Source: the human T2T-CHM13v2.0 reference genome, Homo sapiens. Taken from it: DNA of 64,000 nucleotides. Under the pieces are notes generated by a model. It did not search any database and had not been told where the DNA came from. It saw nothing but the letters and a program-made list of their open reading frames with translations. Positions 44,050-61,754 of the stretch are shown here, piece by piece (the first letter of the stretch is position 1; each line of letters opens with the position of its first letter). Location of the stretch: assembly GCF_009914755.1 (NCBI RefSeq), contig NC_060935.1; one strand, written 5' to 3'. A program made the translations under genes and the position numbers.

Positions 44050-44999
44050 TAAAATTACTGCTTTTCAGTTACTTTTTTCATATCCACTTATCCTATTCGA
44101 ACAGCAGTATATTCTCTGATTTTTAAAATAACTGTTGTGTTGAATTTCCTAAGCTCACTAAAGTCAAGGGACCTCTTGAAGTTCATTCTGGGTGAGTATG
44201 GGTTCAAAATCAGTGCTCCCTCCACTCCCTAGAGCCATCTACACAGGCAGAGAGCCTACTCTATCTTGGCCAGGACATGGTCCTAATATTTGCTGCCAAA
44301 ATCCCTTCCCTTTGAATTTGCTTTTCTTAGACCTCTGTTCCTTTCCCTGCTACCCTTGAGCTGTTGGCTTGTGGTGTGTGTTGAATGTATCTTTTCCTGT
44401 CTCCACATGCCCACCTCTCCCACCCCAGTCGACCAAGATCATGCCAATCCCTTCTAATTGACTGACTTTTCAGTGTATTTTAGAGGCAAGCTGGGATGGT
44501 GGATGGGACACTGGGCTAGGAGTCAGGACTCTACCACACAGTGGCCTGAATTCAGTTGCTGGCTCTGCCACTTACTTCTGAGTGGCCTCAAATTTTGTAA
44601 CCTCTCTGGTTAAAATCAGCTGTTTTCCAATTGACCTTAGCCCTGGCCTTTGCTAACATTAAATGAGTGTTGTCACCACTCTAAGCTTTAATTCCTTCAC
44701 ATAGAAAATGAAGAGATTGGATAGACCAGACAATTGCCACATCCCCTTCCAAATCCAGGATTCTATAGTTCTAGTAGGAAGCAAGGAAACAAAACATTTC
44801 AGTTTATTGTTTGGTATAAATGAATCATCTTCTTCTTTGAAGTCCTTGTTAATCAACTTTCCCATAAGCCAGAATTCATCACTCCCACTGGGCCTTGTGA
44901 AAATGGGAAAACATCTGAATAATGGACTATTGCTGGGGCTTTGGAACCACACTGACCTGTCTTCTTCCTCGGCCGTATGCATATGATGGACACCTGGAC

Positions 45000-45155
45000 A
45001 CGGTACTTAGCACCCTAAACATCAGCTTCCCAGTTTGTAAACTGGAGTTAGTAACTGAGCATCCCTCACAGAGTTATTGTAATGACTAAGTGAGATAATT
45101 TATATGTAGATAAAATGCCTTGCCTCTAAAAAATATTCAGTGATGTTAAGCTATT
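45000..45155 (+). mobile_element. MIR
   Basis: cctcacagagttattgtaatgactaagtgagataat. Confidence 0.7.
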
Positions 45156-45404
45156 GCTTTCTTTTTATTTACTTGTTTGTTGAAATAATTTATATGTGGT
45201 GAAGTGTCCAAATTGTATACACCTCAATAGATCTTTACATCTGTATATACCTCTGTGACAACCCCTAGAACAAGATACAGAACATTTCTAGCACAACAGA
45301 AGGCTCACTTCTACTCCCTTTCAGTAAATATCCAACTCCCACCAAAGTAACCAATATTCTGACCTTTATCACCATAGATTAGTTTTTCCTGTTCTCAAAC
45401 TTCA

Positions 45405-45515
45405 TCTATGTATGTATGTATGTATGTGTGTATCTATCTATCTATCTCTATCATCTATATCTATCTCTATCATCTATATCTATCTATCATCTATACCTAT
45501 CATCTATATCTATCA

Positions 45516-45561
<46 letters not shown>
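45405..45561 (+). repeat. Compound (TATG)n/(TATC)n STR derived from an Alu tail; perfect (ATCT)11 at 45517-45560
   Basis: Read directly. Confidence 0.93.
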
Positions 45562-45973
<412 letters not shown>

Positions 45974-46675
45974 TAACATTCCACTTATTGCATACCACAA
46001 TTTATTTATATACTGTACTATTTATGGACATTTGAGTTGCTTCCTTTTTTTGCTGTTAAAAAAATAATTTTCTATGAGCTACTTACCCATGTCTTTGGTT
46101 TATGTAAGCACTCATTTCCGTTGATATACACCCAGCAGTGAAATTGCTAGGGCATAGAGTATTTGTAAGGTTAACTTTAGTAGATCCTACCAAGCAGTTC
46201 TTGGTAGTACAAGCAGTGCAAGTGCTTGTAACAGTTTACATTCCTCCCAGCAGTGTGAAAGGTTTCCAGTTGCTCAGCTGCTTCACCATCACTGGGTTTT
46301 CTGAATTCTTTTCATTTAGTCATTCTAGTGGCAATAGGGTAGTATCTCATTGAGCTTTCAATTTGCATGTTCCTGATGACTAAAAATGTTGATTACTTTT
46401 TCCTGCGCTTTTTGTCCATTTCGATATCCTCACTTGTGAAGTGCCTATTCAGGTCCCTTGCACCTCAAAAATGTTAGCTATTATTTTGTATCATACTAAT
46501 TGTGCTTTTAAGTTATCCGTATATCTATCTACTCTCCAAATAGATGATAAGCCCTTTGATATGCAAGGTCTGTGCATCACTCATTTACGAATTCTTAGTG
46601 CCTAACGTAAGACTCATGTTATACATTCGTTGAATACATTGTCAAACGTCTAGGACTCAGCAGATCATGGCAAAA

Positions 46676-46694
46676 TGTCGCCATCTGGTGTCTG
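46676..46694 (-). promoter_or_regulatory. CTCF-like motif
   Basis: Minus strand reads GACACCAGATGGCGACA versus consensus CCASYAGRKGGCR; unique DNA; retains a CpG. Confidence 0.6.
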
Positions 46695-47544
46695 CAGGGA
46701 ATGAGATGTGGAGGATGCAAAGCCAGCTGGCTGGATAATTCATTGTTTTCCATGTGAGCTTTCTCTTATGTACGATTTAAAAAATATGTATATATTGCAA
46801 ATTGCCTCTGCATACTTGATTTTAAAAATATTTTCTATATGTACTTTCATTTTTAAAAACTCAATTTAAAGTGCAAACTTGTGGAACAGAAAAAGTTCCA
46901 CAATGACTAAATTCTTTACTAAACAATTACTAAACAATTCACTAAACTAAATTCTTTAGTAATTGTTTACATTTTCAAGAGTTGGGTGCTGTATTCATAG
47001 ATGAAACAATAAGTACTTACTATATTCTAGTCCTGAAGTTTATTCAAGAGATATAAGGTGCTCATAGGCTAGTAAGGAAGAAACAAAAAAATCAGCCTGG
47101 AGTATTATAATAAATGCCTTAAAATAGGTGTTTGTTCGTTCATTCGTTCACTCACTCATTCATCATTCAACATATATTATTGAGCATTTATTCTGTACCA
47201 GGCATTGTCACAGGTACTATAAACCCAAACGTGTGTGTCCTAAAGTGTGACTGCTCTAAGAAAACCTATAGTAAAAATATATATATAATTTTTCAAGGAT
47301 TTGGAACTTTGGTATATTTTCCTTTGAGTATAAGCTGCTGTAGACGGTAGGCCATGTGAGACCCCAGCTTCTATTAGGGTTACACATAGAACAAGATGGC
47401 CCTAGTTGAAAATACTTTTCCATAAAGTGTACTGAGGTGGGGAGGAGGTGGCGAACTTCACTGCTCTTCTCAACTCTTTCTTCCCTCTACTCACTGCTCC
47501 TCAATCCACCACCAAGACAAATGGTAACAATGGATTGATCAGGT

Positions 47545-47846
47545 TTATTTGTTTGTTTTTTGAGACGGGGTCTTGCTCTGTCACCCAGGCTGGAGTGCAG
47601 TGGTGTGATCACAACTTACTGCAGCCTCAACCCCAGGCTCAAGCAATCCTCCTACCTCAGCTTCCTCAGTAGCTAGGACTACAGGCATGTGCCACCATGC
47701 CCAGCTAATTAAAACAACATTATTTTGTAGATATGGGGTCCCCACCATGTTGCCTAGACTGGCCTGGAACTCCTGAGCTCAAGCGATCCTCCCACCGCAG
47801 CCTCTCAAAGTGCTTGGATTATAGGTGTGAGCCACCGTGCCTGGCT
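47545..47846 (-). mobile_element. AluJ
   Basis: Full dimer; TSD TTGATCAGGTTTA. Confidence 0.92.
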
Positions 47847-48063
47847 TGATCAGGTTTAGAAACATTGTAGTGCCCATGGGTAAAGTCTCTGTCCAGGTTA
47901 CAGGCTAGAGCTCACATGGGCGTGACCTCCCAGTCACTGTCACACTGTTGGAGGACATAGGCTGGGGTGGCAATACGCTTCTGATAAAGGCCAGTAGTAG
48001 GTGTCTTAGGCTGGCAATATTTTAAGCACTGGGAGATATGATACTGCACCTTTCCTCTTATAC

Positions 48064-48908
<845 letters not shown>

Positions 48909-49546
48909 ATCACCCGACTTTTACACATTCTCCTAGACTTCTTCTGACATTACAATGCAACAAACATTTATTTATTTCCTAATATAAACCAAAAATTCTG
49001 CTAGATGTTGGCAAAAAACAATGAAAGACAGTGTTTGCCTTCCAAGAGAAAAGGTAACAGATGATTAACATATGTAAAGGGCTATGACAGAAGTATATGA
49101 AGGAAATATGAGAGCTTGCTTCTTGGATGAAGTCTTAAGAATAAAAAGGAATTATCCAGCAAGAGTGGGTAAGAGTGGGGGATGGACAATAGGAGCTGCA
49201 TGAGCAAAGGGCATGCATGCAGAGCTGTTTGCATTCCATCTTCAACATGCTGGGAAGCTTTTAACCTGAGAAGTAGCAGATACAAATAAATATTTTAAAA
49301 ATTTATTGGCAACCATATGAAGGATGAATTATGGCATGGTACCATTGGAAGCAATAATTCTGTTAGCATGCCATGGTAATAATTCACATGGTGTAGCCTC
49401 AGTCAATGCACTGAAAGTGAGGGAGGAGAGATGAGAGAGGGGCACAGATGCAGTTCGTTAAGGTTAGTTTAGAATTAGTATCACTGATAGATATGAAGAG
49501 CAAGGGAAAAAGAAAAATCTGGGACAAATCATAGGTTTCTGATTTA

Positions 49547-50001
<455 letters not shown>

Positions 50002-50270
50002 AGGTCAAGAAATTGAGCATGGTGTTGTGTTTTTCAGCACCTCAGGCATTCTGATCACTTTTACTTACTTGTTTAGATTGCTCATGTCAGAGTGCCGCAA
50101 GTTGTATACATTGCCTCACAGCTTAATTGCCTATGAGGAGTTTGGGTCCAAAAACCTCACTGGTTAGCAGTAAAAAGCTTTCAAAAATTTATAATTCCAG
50201 ACATTTCCCTATTTCCACCGTTTTGCAGAGTTAGAGTCCCTGTGGACTGAGCGAGCTTCCAGCACTGGGA

Positions 50271-50302
50271 GTCGACCTCTAGTGGTAATTCTTTAAACTG
50301 CA
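50271..50302 (-). promoter_or_regulatory. CTCF-like core motif with upstream (U) motif
   Basis: Minus strand reads TGCAGTTTA-AAGAAT-TACCACTAGAGGTCGAC. Confidence 0.65.
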
Positions 50303-50394
50303 AGTCCTGACTTTGGTGATTTGGCTTATTTTGCCAGAACCAGGGCAGCTGAGTTCAGGTTTTGGTTACAATTAATAAAAAATGTTGGCTTCTA

Positions 50395-50560
50395 AGAGAT
50401 CTATTAATATCTCAGTTTTACTTATGAGAGGCCTTAGAGATATGAAGTAAGATGAACTCACATGCCCAAGGTCATACAGCTAGTAAGTGATGAAGGTAGG
50501 ATTCAAATCCTGGTCCGTAGGTTTATTAATCCAGAGCCTGTGCTCTTAACCACTACCTGT
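50395..50560 (-). mobile_element. MIR
   Basis: tgcccaaggtcatacagctagtaagtg...ggattcaaatcc...ccagagcctgtgctcttaaccacta. Confidence 0.88.
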
Positions 50561-50608
50561 TCTGCCTCTGTTGTTACTTGAATCATCTCTTTAGGCAAAG
50601 TTGACCAA

Positions 50609-50638
50609 TCTTTTTCTTTCTTTCTTTCTTTCCTTCCT

Positions 50639-50681
<43 letters not shown>

Positions 50682-50817
50682 CTTTCCTTCTTTCTTTCTT
50701 TCTTTTTCCTTCCTTCCTTCTCTTTCTTTCTCTTTCTTTCCTTCTTTCTTTCTTTTTCTTTCTTCTTTCTCTTTCTTTCTTTCTTCCTTCCTTTTTTTGT
50801 TTCTTTTTTTTTTTTTC
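50609..50817 (+). repeat. (TTTC)n/(TTCC)n polypyrimidine tract, expanded Alu tail
   Basis: About 209 nt with a single purine (G 50799). Confidence 0.95.
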
Positions 50818-51094
50818 AAGTTCTCACTCTGTCACCGAGGCTGAAGTGCCACTGTGGCCTGATCTTGGCTCACCGCAACCTCCTCCCAGGTTCAAGAAAT
50901 CCTTGCATCTCAGCCTCATCAGTAGCTTGGACTACAGGCATGTGACACCACACCTGTCTAATTTTTGTATTTTTGGTAGAGACAGGGTTTTGCCATCTTG
51001 GCCAGGCTGGTCTTGAACTCCTGAGCTCAAGCAATCCACCTGTTTCAGCCTCCCAAAGTGTTGGGATTACAGACATGGGGCACTGTGCCTGGCC
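50818..51094 (-). mobile_element. Alu (J/early S)
   Basis: Dimer; TSD ttgaccaatc/ttgaccatcc encloses the CT tract. Confidence 0.9.
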
Positions 51095-51267
51095 TTGACC
51101 ATCCCTTTTATATGCTCTCTAATATATCTACTGTAGCACATCTCATACATTAGAGACCAGTCTTTCCCACCAGTTCATGAATTCCCTGGAAGCAGAGCTC
51201 TTAGTAAGTACACAATGAATGTTTAATGAATGGGCAGATATTATAATCCTACTCTCAGACTCTTTTA

Positions 51268-52470
51268 ATTTTTTTATTAGACTTTAAGTTCTGGGATACA
51301 TGTGCAGAAAGTGCAGGTTTGTTACATAGGTATACACGTGCCATAGTGGTTTGCTGCACCCATCAACCTGTCATCTGCATTAGGTATTTCTCCTAATGCC
51401 CTCCCTCCACTTGCCCCCGACCCCCTGACAGGCCCCAGGGTCTGATCTTCCCCTCCCTGTGCCCATGTGATCTCACTGTTCAACTCCCACTTATGAGTGA
51501 GAATATGCAGTGTTTGGTTTTCTGTCCCTGTTAGTTTGCTGAGAATGATAGTTACAAGCTTCATCCATGTCCCTGCAAAGGACATGAACTCATCCTTTTT
51601 TATGGCTGCATAGTATTCCATGGTGTATATGTGCCACACTTTCTTTATCCAGTCTATCATTAATGGGCATTTGGGTTGGTTACGAGTCCTTGCTATCGTG
51701 AATAGTGCTGCAATAAACATACATGTGCATGTCTCTTTATAGCAGAATGATTTATAATGCTTTGGGTATATACCCAGTAATGGGATGGCTGGGTCAAATG
51801 GTATTTCTGGTTTTAGATTCTTGAGGAATCGCCGCCCTGTCTTCCACAATGGTTGAACTAGTTTACACTTGCACTAACAGTGTAAAAGTGTTCCTATTTC
51901 TCCACATCCTCTCCAGCATCTGTTTTTTCCTGACTTTTTAATGATCGCCATTCCAACTGGTGTGAGATGGTATCTCATTGTGGTTTTGACTTGCATTTCT
52001 CTAATGACCAGTGATGATGAGCTGTTTTTCATATGTTTGTTGACCACATAAAATGTCTTCTTTTGACAAGTGTCTGTTCATATCCATCGCCCACTTTTTG
52101 ATGGGGTTGTTTTTTTCTTGTAAATGTGCTTATGTTCCTTGTAGATTCTGGATATTAGCCCTTTGTCAGATGGATAGATTGCAAAAATTTTCTCCCATTC
52201 TGTAGGTTGTCTGTTCACTCTGATGATAGTTTCTTTTGCTGTGCAGAAGCTCTTTAGTTTAATTAGATCCCATTTGTCAATTTTGGCTTTTGTTGCCATT
52301 GCTTTTGGTGTTTTAGTCATGAAGTCTTTGCCCATGCCTATGTCCTGAATGGTAATGCCTAGGTTTTCTTCTAGGGTTTTTATGGTGTTAGGTCTTATGT
52401 TTAAGTCTTTAATCCAACTTGACTTAATTTTTGTACAAGGTGCAAGGAAGGGGTCCAGTTTCAGTTTTCT
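51268..52470 (-). mobile_element. 5'-truncated L1PA (PA7/8-like), about 1.2 kb
   Basis: 3' UTR and ORF2 C-terminus ([50 protein letters not shown]); TSD ctc(t/g)cagactctt(t/a)ta. Confidence 0.96.
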
Positions 52471-52484
52471 CGCAGACTCTTATA

Positions 52485-53440
52485 GCTAGCTATTTACATA
52501 ACATCTCCACTAGAATGTCAAATAGACATCTCAAACATCCCATGTCCAAACTACACTCCCGATGATGCTAAAGAGATGTATTCCACCTACTATCTTTCCA
52601 TCTTAATCAATGGCGTCCACCTTTGCCCATTTACTCAGTCCAAAATCATACAATTCTCTTTAACTCATCTTCCCCACCCCCCAACAAATCTCACATTTAC
52701 TAGCAAATCTTGTTAATTCTATTTTAATTATATGATTTGAACTCTACCTTTTCTCATCATTTCCACTGCTCTGCTCCTTATCCAGACTGTGCATGTGTTT
52801 CGCTTGGATTACTGTGTTAGCCTGCCAAGTGGTGTCTTAGTGGTCTCTTCCTGAACTGCCAAGAATCTATTCTCAGCTATCAGCATATTTATAGTTGTGA
52901 GATGATATGTGAGTTCTTTGAACAATACCCTCTAGTGGCTCCCCATCTTAATCAGAATCAAAGACACAATTGTTCCAAGCCCATGTATCTGGCTCCTCAT
53001 TGCCCCTCTAAGAGCATCTCCTATTGCTCTCCCCTCTCTCTCTGGGTTCTAGGCTCACCAAGCACACTTCTGTCTCAGGGACTTTACACTAGCTATTCAC
53101 TCTCTGGAATGCTTTTTCATGAATAGCTGTTTAAATTGCTCCTCCAACTCTTTCACATCTTTGTTTAAATGTCACCTTCCCAGTGAAGCCTTCCTGGATT
53201 ATCCCCTCACCCATCCGTGGAACTTCCTCTCCACTTTCCTTGATTAATTTTTCTTCTTGGCAGTTTTTTTTCCTTTTAATATGTGATATAATTTAAATAA
53301 TGCTTTATTTTGTTGACTGTCTTTCCTCACCATACTATAAGCTCCATGAGTGTGGGGATATTTGTCTCTTTTGTTTACTGCTACTTCCCTAACACCTCCA
53401 ACAATAGGTGTTTATTACATACTTTCTGGATGCATGAAAG
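52485..53440 (+). mobile_element. L2a 3' region
   Basis: gacatctcaaac...gtccaaa...aaatgtcaccttcccagtgaagccttcc...ctataagctccatgag. Confidence 0.85.
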
Positions 53441-54149
53441 AAAAACGAAGAAACTCATCCCTCAGTACAGGAACTGTATGTTCTGAATGATTGCATTAGG
53501 TGTGCTCTATACATTTTTGCCTCTCTTAACAGTCTACAATTCCTTGACTCTGGGGCCTTCTAGTTGGTATGCCCCCTATTAAACTACAGGCAGATTTTTA
53601 TTAAGAAAATTCACTGCAGTAAGTATTTATATAGAGCAATAATTATTTGTAACTTTTTGTTGGTCAGTTTAGCAACAAAGCTTCCTACGCTTAGCAATTA
53701 CGTGCAATCATTTTCCCTGTTCATGTAACAGTCTTCTCATATGAGAATAATGGATGGAGCAGTATTTTTATTTAGATTGAACTTTCGCTGTACTCTTTAT
53801 GATAGTTCTGATCACAGAAAATGATTACTCCTCCACCATGTCCTCTCAAAAAATAAAAAAGTTGACTAGTTGAAACTCCCAACCCACTCTTCAAAAACAA
53901 GAAACACAAAACAAAAACCTACCAGGAAATAAACATGAATATCTAAGGGGATGTGAGGGTGTTGTCAGTTCACTTTATTAATCAGCTTAACACAATCCAG
54001 CCTAACAAAATAAATTAGAGCTTAAGTCAAAGCCACAAGGGGTTAAAGTGGTTGTAGGAGGTTTGAGAAGGGCCATTGAGCCAGATGTTGTGTCTAGTCA
54101 ATCTCAAGCTTGCTGCACAGTTAAAGCCGACCATTCTACCTTCCCTAAT

Positions 54150-55757
<1,608 letters not shown>

Positions 55758-56045
55758 CATAAATGAAACCCTTTCAGAGGAATAAATCTATAAGCAATCA
55801 AGGGTGCTCTTGATTTTTCCATAAAGTTACATAGGACATTGTAATCACCCAGTTGATCATTGCTAAGAAAGTGCTTGATCCTATTCTCTATTATCAGCTT
55901 GCAGGAGAAAGGAGAAACAAACATGTTTTATGTTTCTTGTATAGACAGGATGACTAATCTTAGAAGACTTATAAAAACGAGCATCTTCCGAGTCAACCTG
56001 AATGTAAAATGCTGAAAGAATGAACTGTGAATCCTGCTTGGGGAC

Positions 56046-56811
<766 letters not shown>

Positions 56812-57398
56812 CCATCAGCCTTCTTTTACTCCCTTTCTTCTGACTCTGGCATTCTGCCTCCCTTCTCCTCAGTTCTCTTCTCAACAGTCTGCTAATGTGA
56901 ATACAATTGGCTTTAGGGTCAAAAAGTTGTGACTTTGAACTCATTCTGTGAATGACTGGGAGGCTTGAATATGTTACTTTTCTCCTTTGAGCCTTGGTTT
57001 CTTAATCTGTGAAGTAAGAAAAAGATACCTGTGATGACTCAATAAGCTACATTAAGCAACCAGCATGCAATAATCAGCCTACACTCCAGAACTGAGTGTA
57101 ACTGACCAGAAGGGATCACAAACTGAGCAAAAGCAGCGGTTCCTTGTTCGTTCTGCACTCTCCCCATACAAAATTCCATTCCTTTCCCCCAGATTTGTTC
57201 TTCTTCTTAGGCTCAGGCAGTTTTACCATAGTGTGTTCTCTCTGCCTCCAGCACTGTGGTAAAGATGATGTTTCTTATTCCTTTAATGCCTCTTGGCTAC
57301 ATCCATTCTCCAGGGACAATTCATTTTAAGGAGTGCCTTTTATGTTTGGCCTTCTTGTGTGTATTCTTTGAGGTATGTCTCGTGTGTGTGTGCCTACA

Positions 57399-58568
57399 CA
57401 GTCATGCATCGCTTAACAATGGGATATGTTATGAGAAGTGTGTCATTAGATGATTTCGTCATTGTGTGATCATAGAGTGTATGTACACAAACACAGATGC
57501 TATAGCCTACTTCACACCTAGGCTATATGGTATAGCCTATTGCTCCTACGCTACAAACCTCTATAGCATTTTACTGTACTGAATACAGCAGGTGATTGTA
57601 ACACACTGGTAAGTATTTGTCTATCTAAGCATATCTAAACATAGAAAAGGTACAGTAAAAATACAATGTGAAAGATAAAAAATGGTCCACCTGTATAGGG
57701 CACTTACCATGAATGGAGCTTGCAGGACTGGAAGTTGCTCCAGGTGAGTCAGTGAGTGACTGGTGAGTGAATGTGAAGGTCTAGGACATTACTGTACACA
57801 ACTGTAGACTTCATCAACACTGTATACTTAGGCTACACGAAATTTTTACAAATTTTTTCTTTCTTCAATAATAAATTAACCTAAGCATGGTGTAACTTTT
57901 TTGCTTTATAAACTTTTAGCTTTTTTAACTTTTTGACTCTTTTATACTAACACTTAGCTAAAACACAAACACACTGTACAGCTGTACCAAAATATTTTTT
58001 TTCCTTATTCTTTAAGCTTTTTTCAATTTTTTCAATTTTTATTGTTTTACTTTTTAAACTTCTTTGTTTTAAACCAAGACACAAACATAGCTTAGCCTCG
58101 GCCTACTCAGGGTCAGGATCATCAGTATCACTGTCTTCCACCTCTACATTTTGTCCCACTGGAACATCTTTCAGGGGCAATAACCCCAGTGGAGCTGTCA
58201 TCTTCTATAATAACAATGCCTTCTTCTGGAATCCTTCCTGAAGGATCTTCCTGAGGCTGTCTTCTAGTTAACTGTTTTATTTCTTAAATAAGTAAGAGTA
58301 CACTCTAAAATAATAATGAAAATATAAGTACATAAGCCCATGACAGTCATTTCTTATCAAGTATTATATACTGTACATAATTATATGTGCTAGAATTTTC
58401 CATGACTAGCAGCACAGTAGGTTTCCAGCAGCATCATCATGAACATGAGTAATGCATTGCTATGACATCAGTAGGCTGTAGGAATTTTTCAGCTCCATTA
58501 CAATCCTACAGGACCACTGTTGTATATGTGGTTTGTCACTGATGAAAACGTTGTGTGCCACATGACTC
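57399..58568. mobile_element. Tigger3b-like (TcMar-Tigger) non-autonomous DNA transposon
   Basis: Termini cagtcatgc...catgact(c) followed by TA; internal cacacctaggctatatggtatagcctattgctcc; about 1.17 kb. Confidence 0.9.
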
Positions 58569-58574
58569 TATTTG

Positions 58575-60240
<1,666 letters not shown>

Positions 60241-60284
60241 TTTTAGTGGAGGGCCTTTCAGAATATCATGCTAGGGGCACTGAA

Positions 60285-60539
60285 GGAGGCAAGGATCTTC
60301 TCCCTTTATTTGCTGACCCCGTCTTCTGCTTTTTGCTGGTTTCTTGACTCAGGGTTTACTCCTCATTGTTTGGATGGATTATTCAACTGCCCCACAGCTC
60401 TTTTGCCGTGGAACTGCTTCTCTGTAGACCTGTTGCCAAGATTCCGCAAATGAACCCAAGCACCAAGCAATTGCTGTAGGCCTCTTCCTGAAATCTTCTC
60501 GTTAGTAGTTCCTTGGACTTGTCTAGGAGAGATGTACAA
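60285..60539 (-). other. Candidate 3'-terminal exon of a minus-strand non-coding transcript
   Basis: Minus-strand acceptor cttctctgctcttctgtttgtggtttcttttttag| at 60540 and AATAAA at 60310-60305; unique sequence. Confidence 0.35.
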
Positions 60540-60745
60540 CTAAAAAAGAAACCACAAACAGAAGAGCAGAGAAGTCGTCTTACGGGAAACCCTGAGAATC
60601 TGCAGTTTTGATTATATTCCTGTGAAATGGCCTTTTTGCAGCGTTGTTATATTCTGCAGAGAACGCTACTAAGATTTATTCTCTACTTAAATGGAGAAGG
60701 TTTGGCTATTTTCCTGCATGGCGTTTTAGATGGTTGAATCTTCTT

Positions 60746-60783
60746 GCTTCTGGAAGTCTTTACAGCTTCTGGAAGTCTTTACA
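60746..60783 (+). repeat. Perfect 19-bp tandem duplication (GCTTCTGGAAGTCTTTACA x2)
   Basis: Read directly. Confidence 0.95.
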
Positions 60784-61392
60784 TAACCCTACAATGCTCT
60801 CAACCTCCTCTGAAGAGTCCCTATCTTTATGAATTGCCAAATAAACTAGTTTGTGCTGACTGATTCCTTTTTTAGAATTTGAATTGCATTCCTCCTTCTA
60901 CCTGAAACCTCGGTGTACACACGTGCATGCGTGCACTCACACACACTAAAGAGAATAGAAATTGCACATTAAGAGGTATCTTTGTGCTGGTCTGACAATC
61001 ACTTTGTTCCTTTTTGTTATTAAAGATAAAAAAGGTGGTGTCTAAAGAAAGCTGGGCTCCTCCTTGCTTGATCCTCAGGACTTCCGCAAGGATGAATTAA
61101 GTTATTCCACTTATTCCAAGGAGATGTGCTTACATTTGAAACATTGTATCAGTTACTTTGCCACAATAAAGGTTAGTAATCACGTGGGTTGGCCATCCAC
61201 TTTGTGGCTCTTTCAGTCTTTCCCTCTCCCATAAACTAGATTAGTGGGTTAGTCAGCCAACATCACTAGAAATATAAGGAGATGGAAATAATTGTAGGTA
61301 TATTTCTCTCAGCTATTGTGGCTGGACTATTTAGGTCAGCTGAGGGAAGACGCTAGAGGTAAAACAAACTATTTTTAAAAATACTGGTGTGG

Positions 61393-61754
<362 letters not shown>

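Noticed and set aside
50583-50945. K/E/R-rich and F/L/S-rich ORFs (also 20615-20974 and 35782-36275)
   Set aside because: Open only because simple repeats lack stop codons.
51322-52335. ORFs of 175 and 85 aa with protein-like sequence
   Set aside because: They are L1 ORF2 C-terminal remnants in a 5'-truncated L1PA, not host genes.
60540-60593. Apparent minus-strand mini-intron (gtaaga...ttag), and a similar one at 63527-63586
   Set aside because: About 54-60 nt, below the usual human minimum intron size; only the acceptors were kept as candidates.
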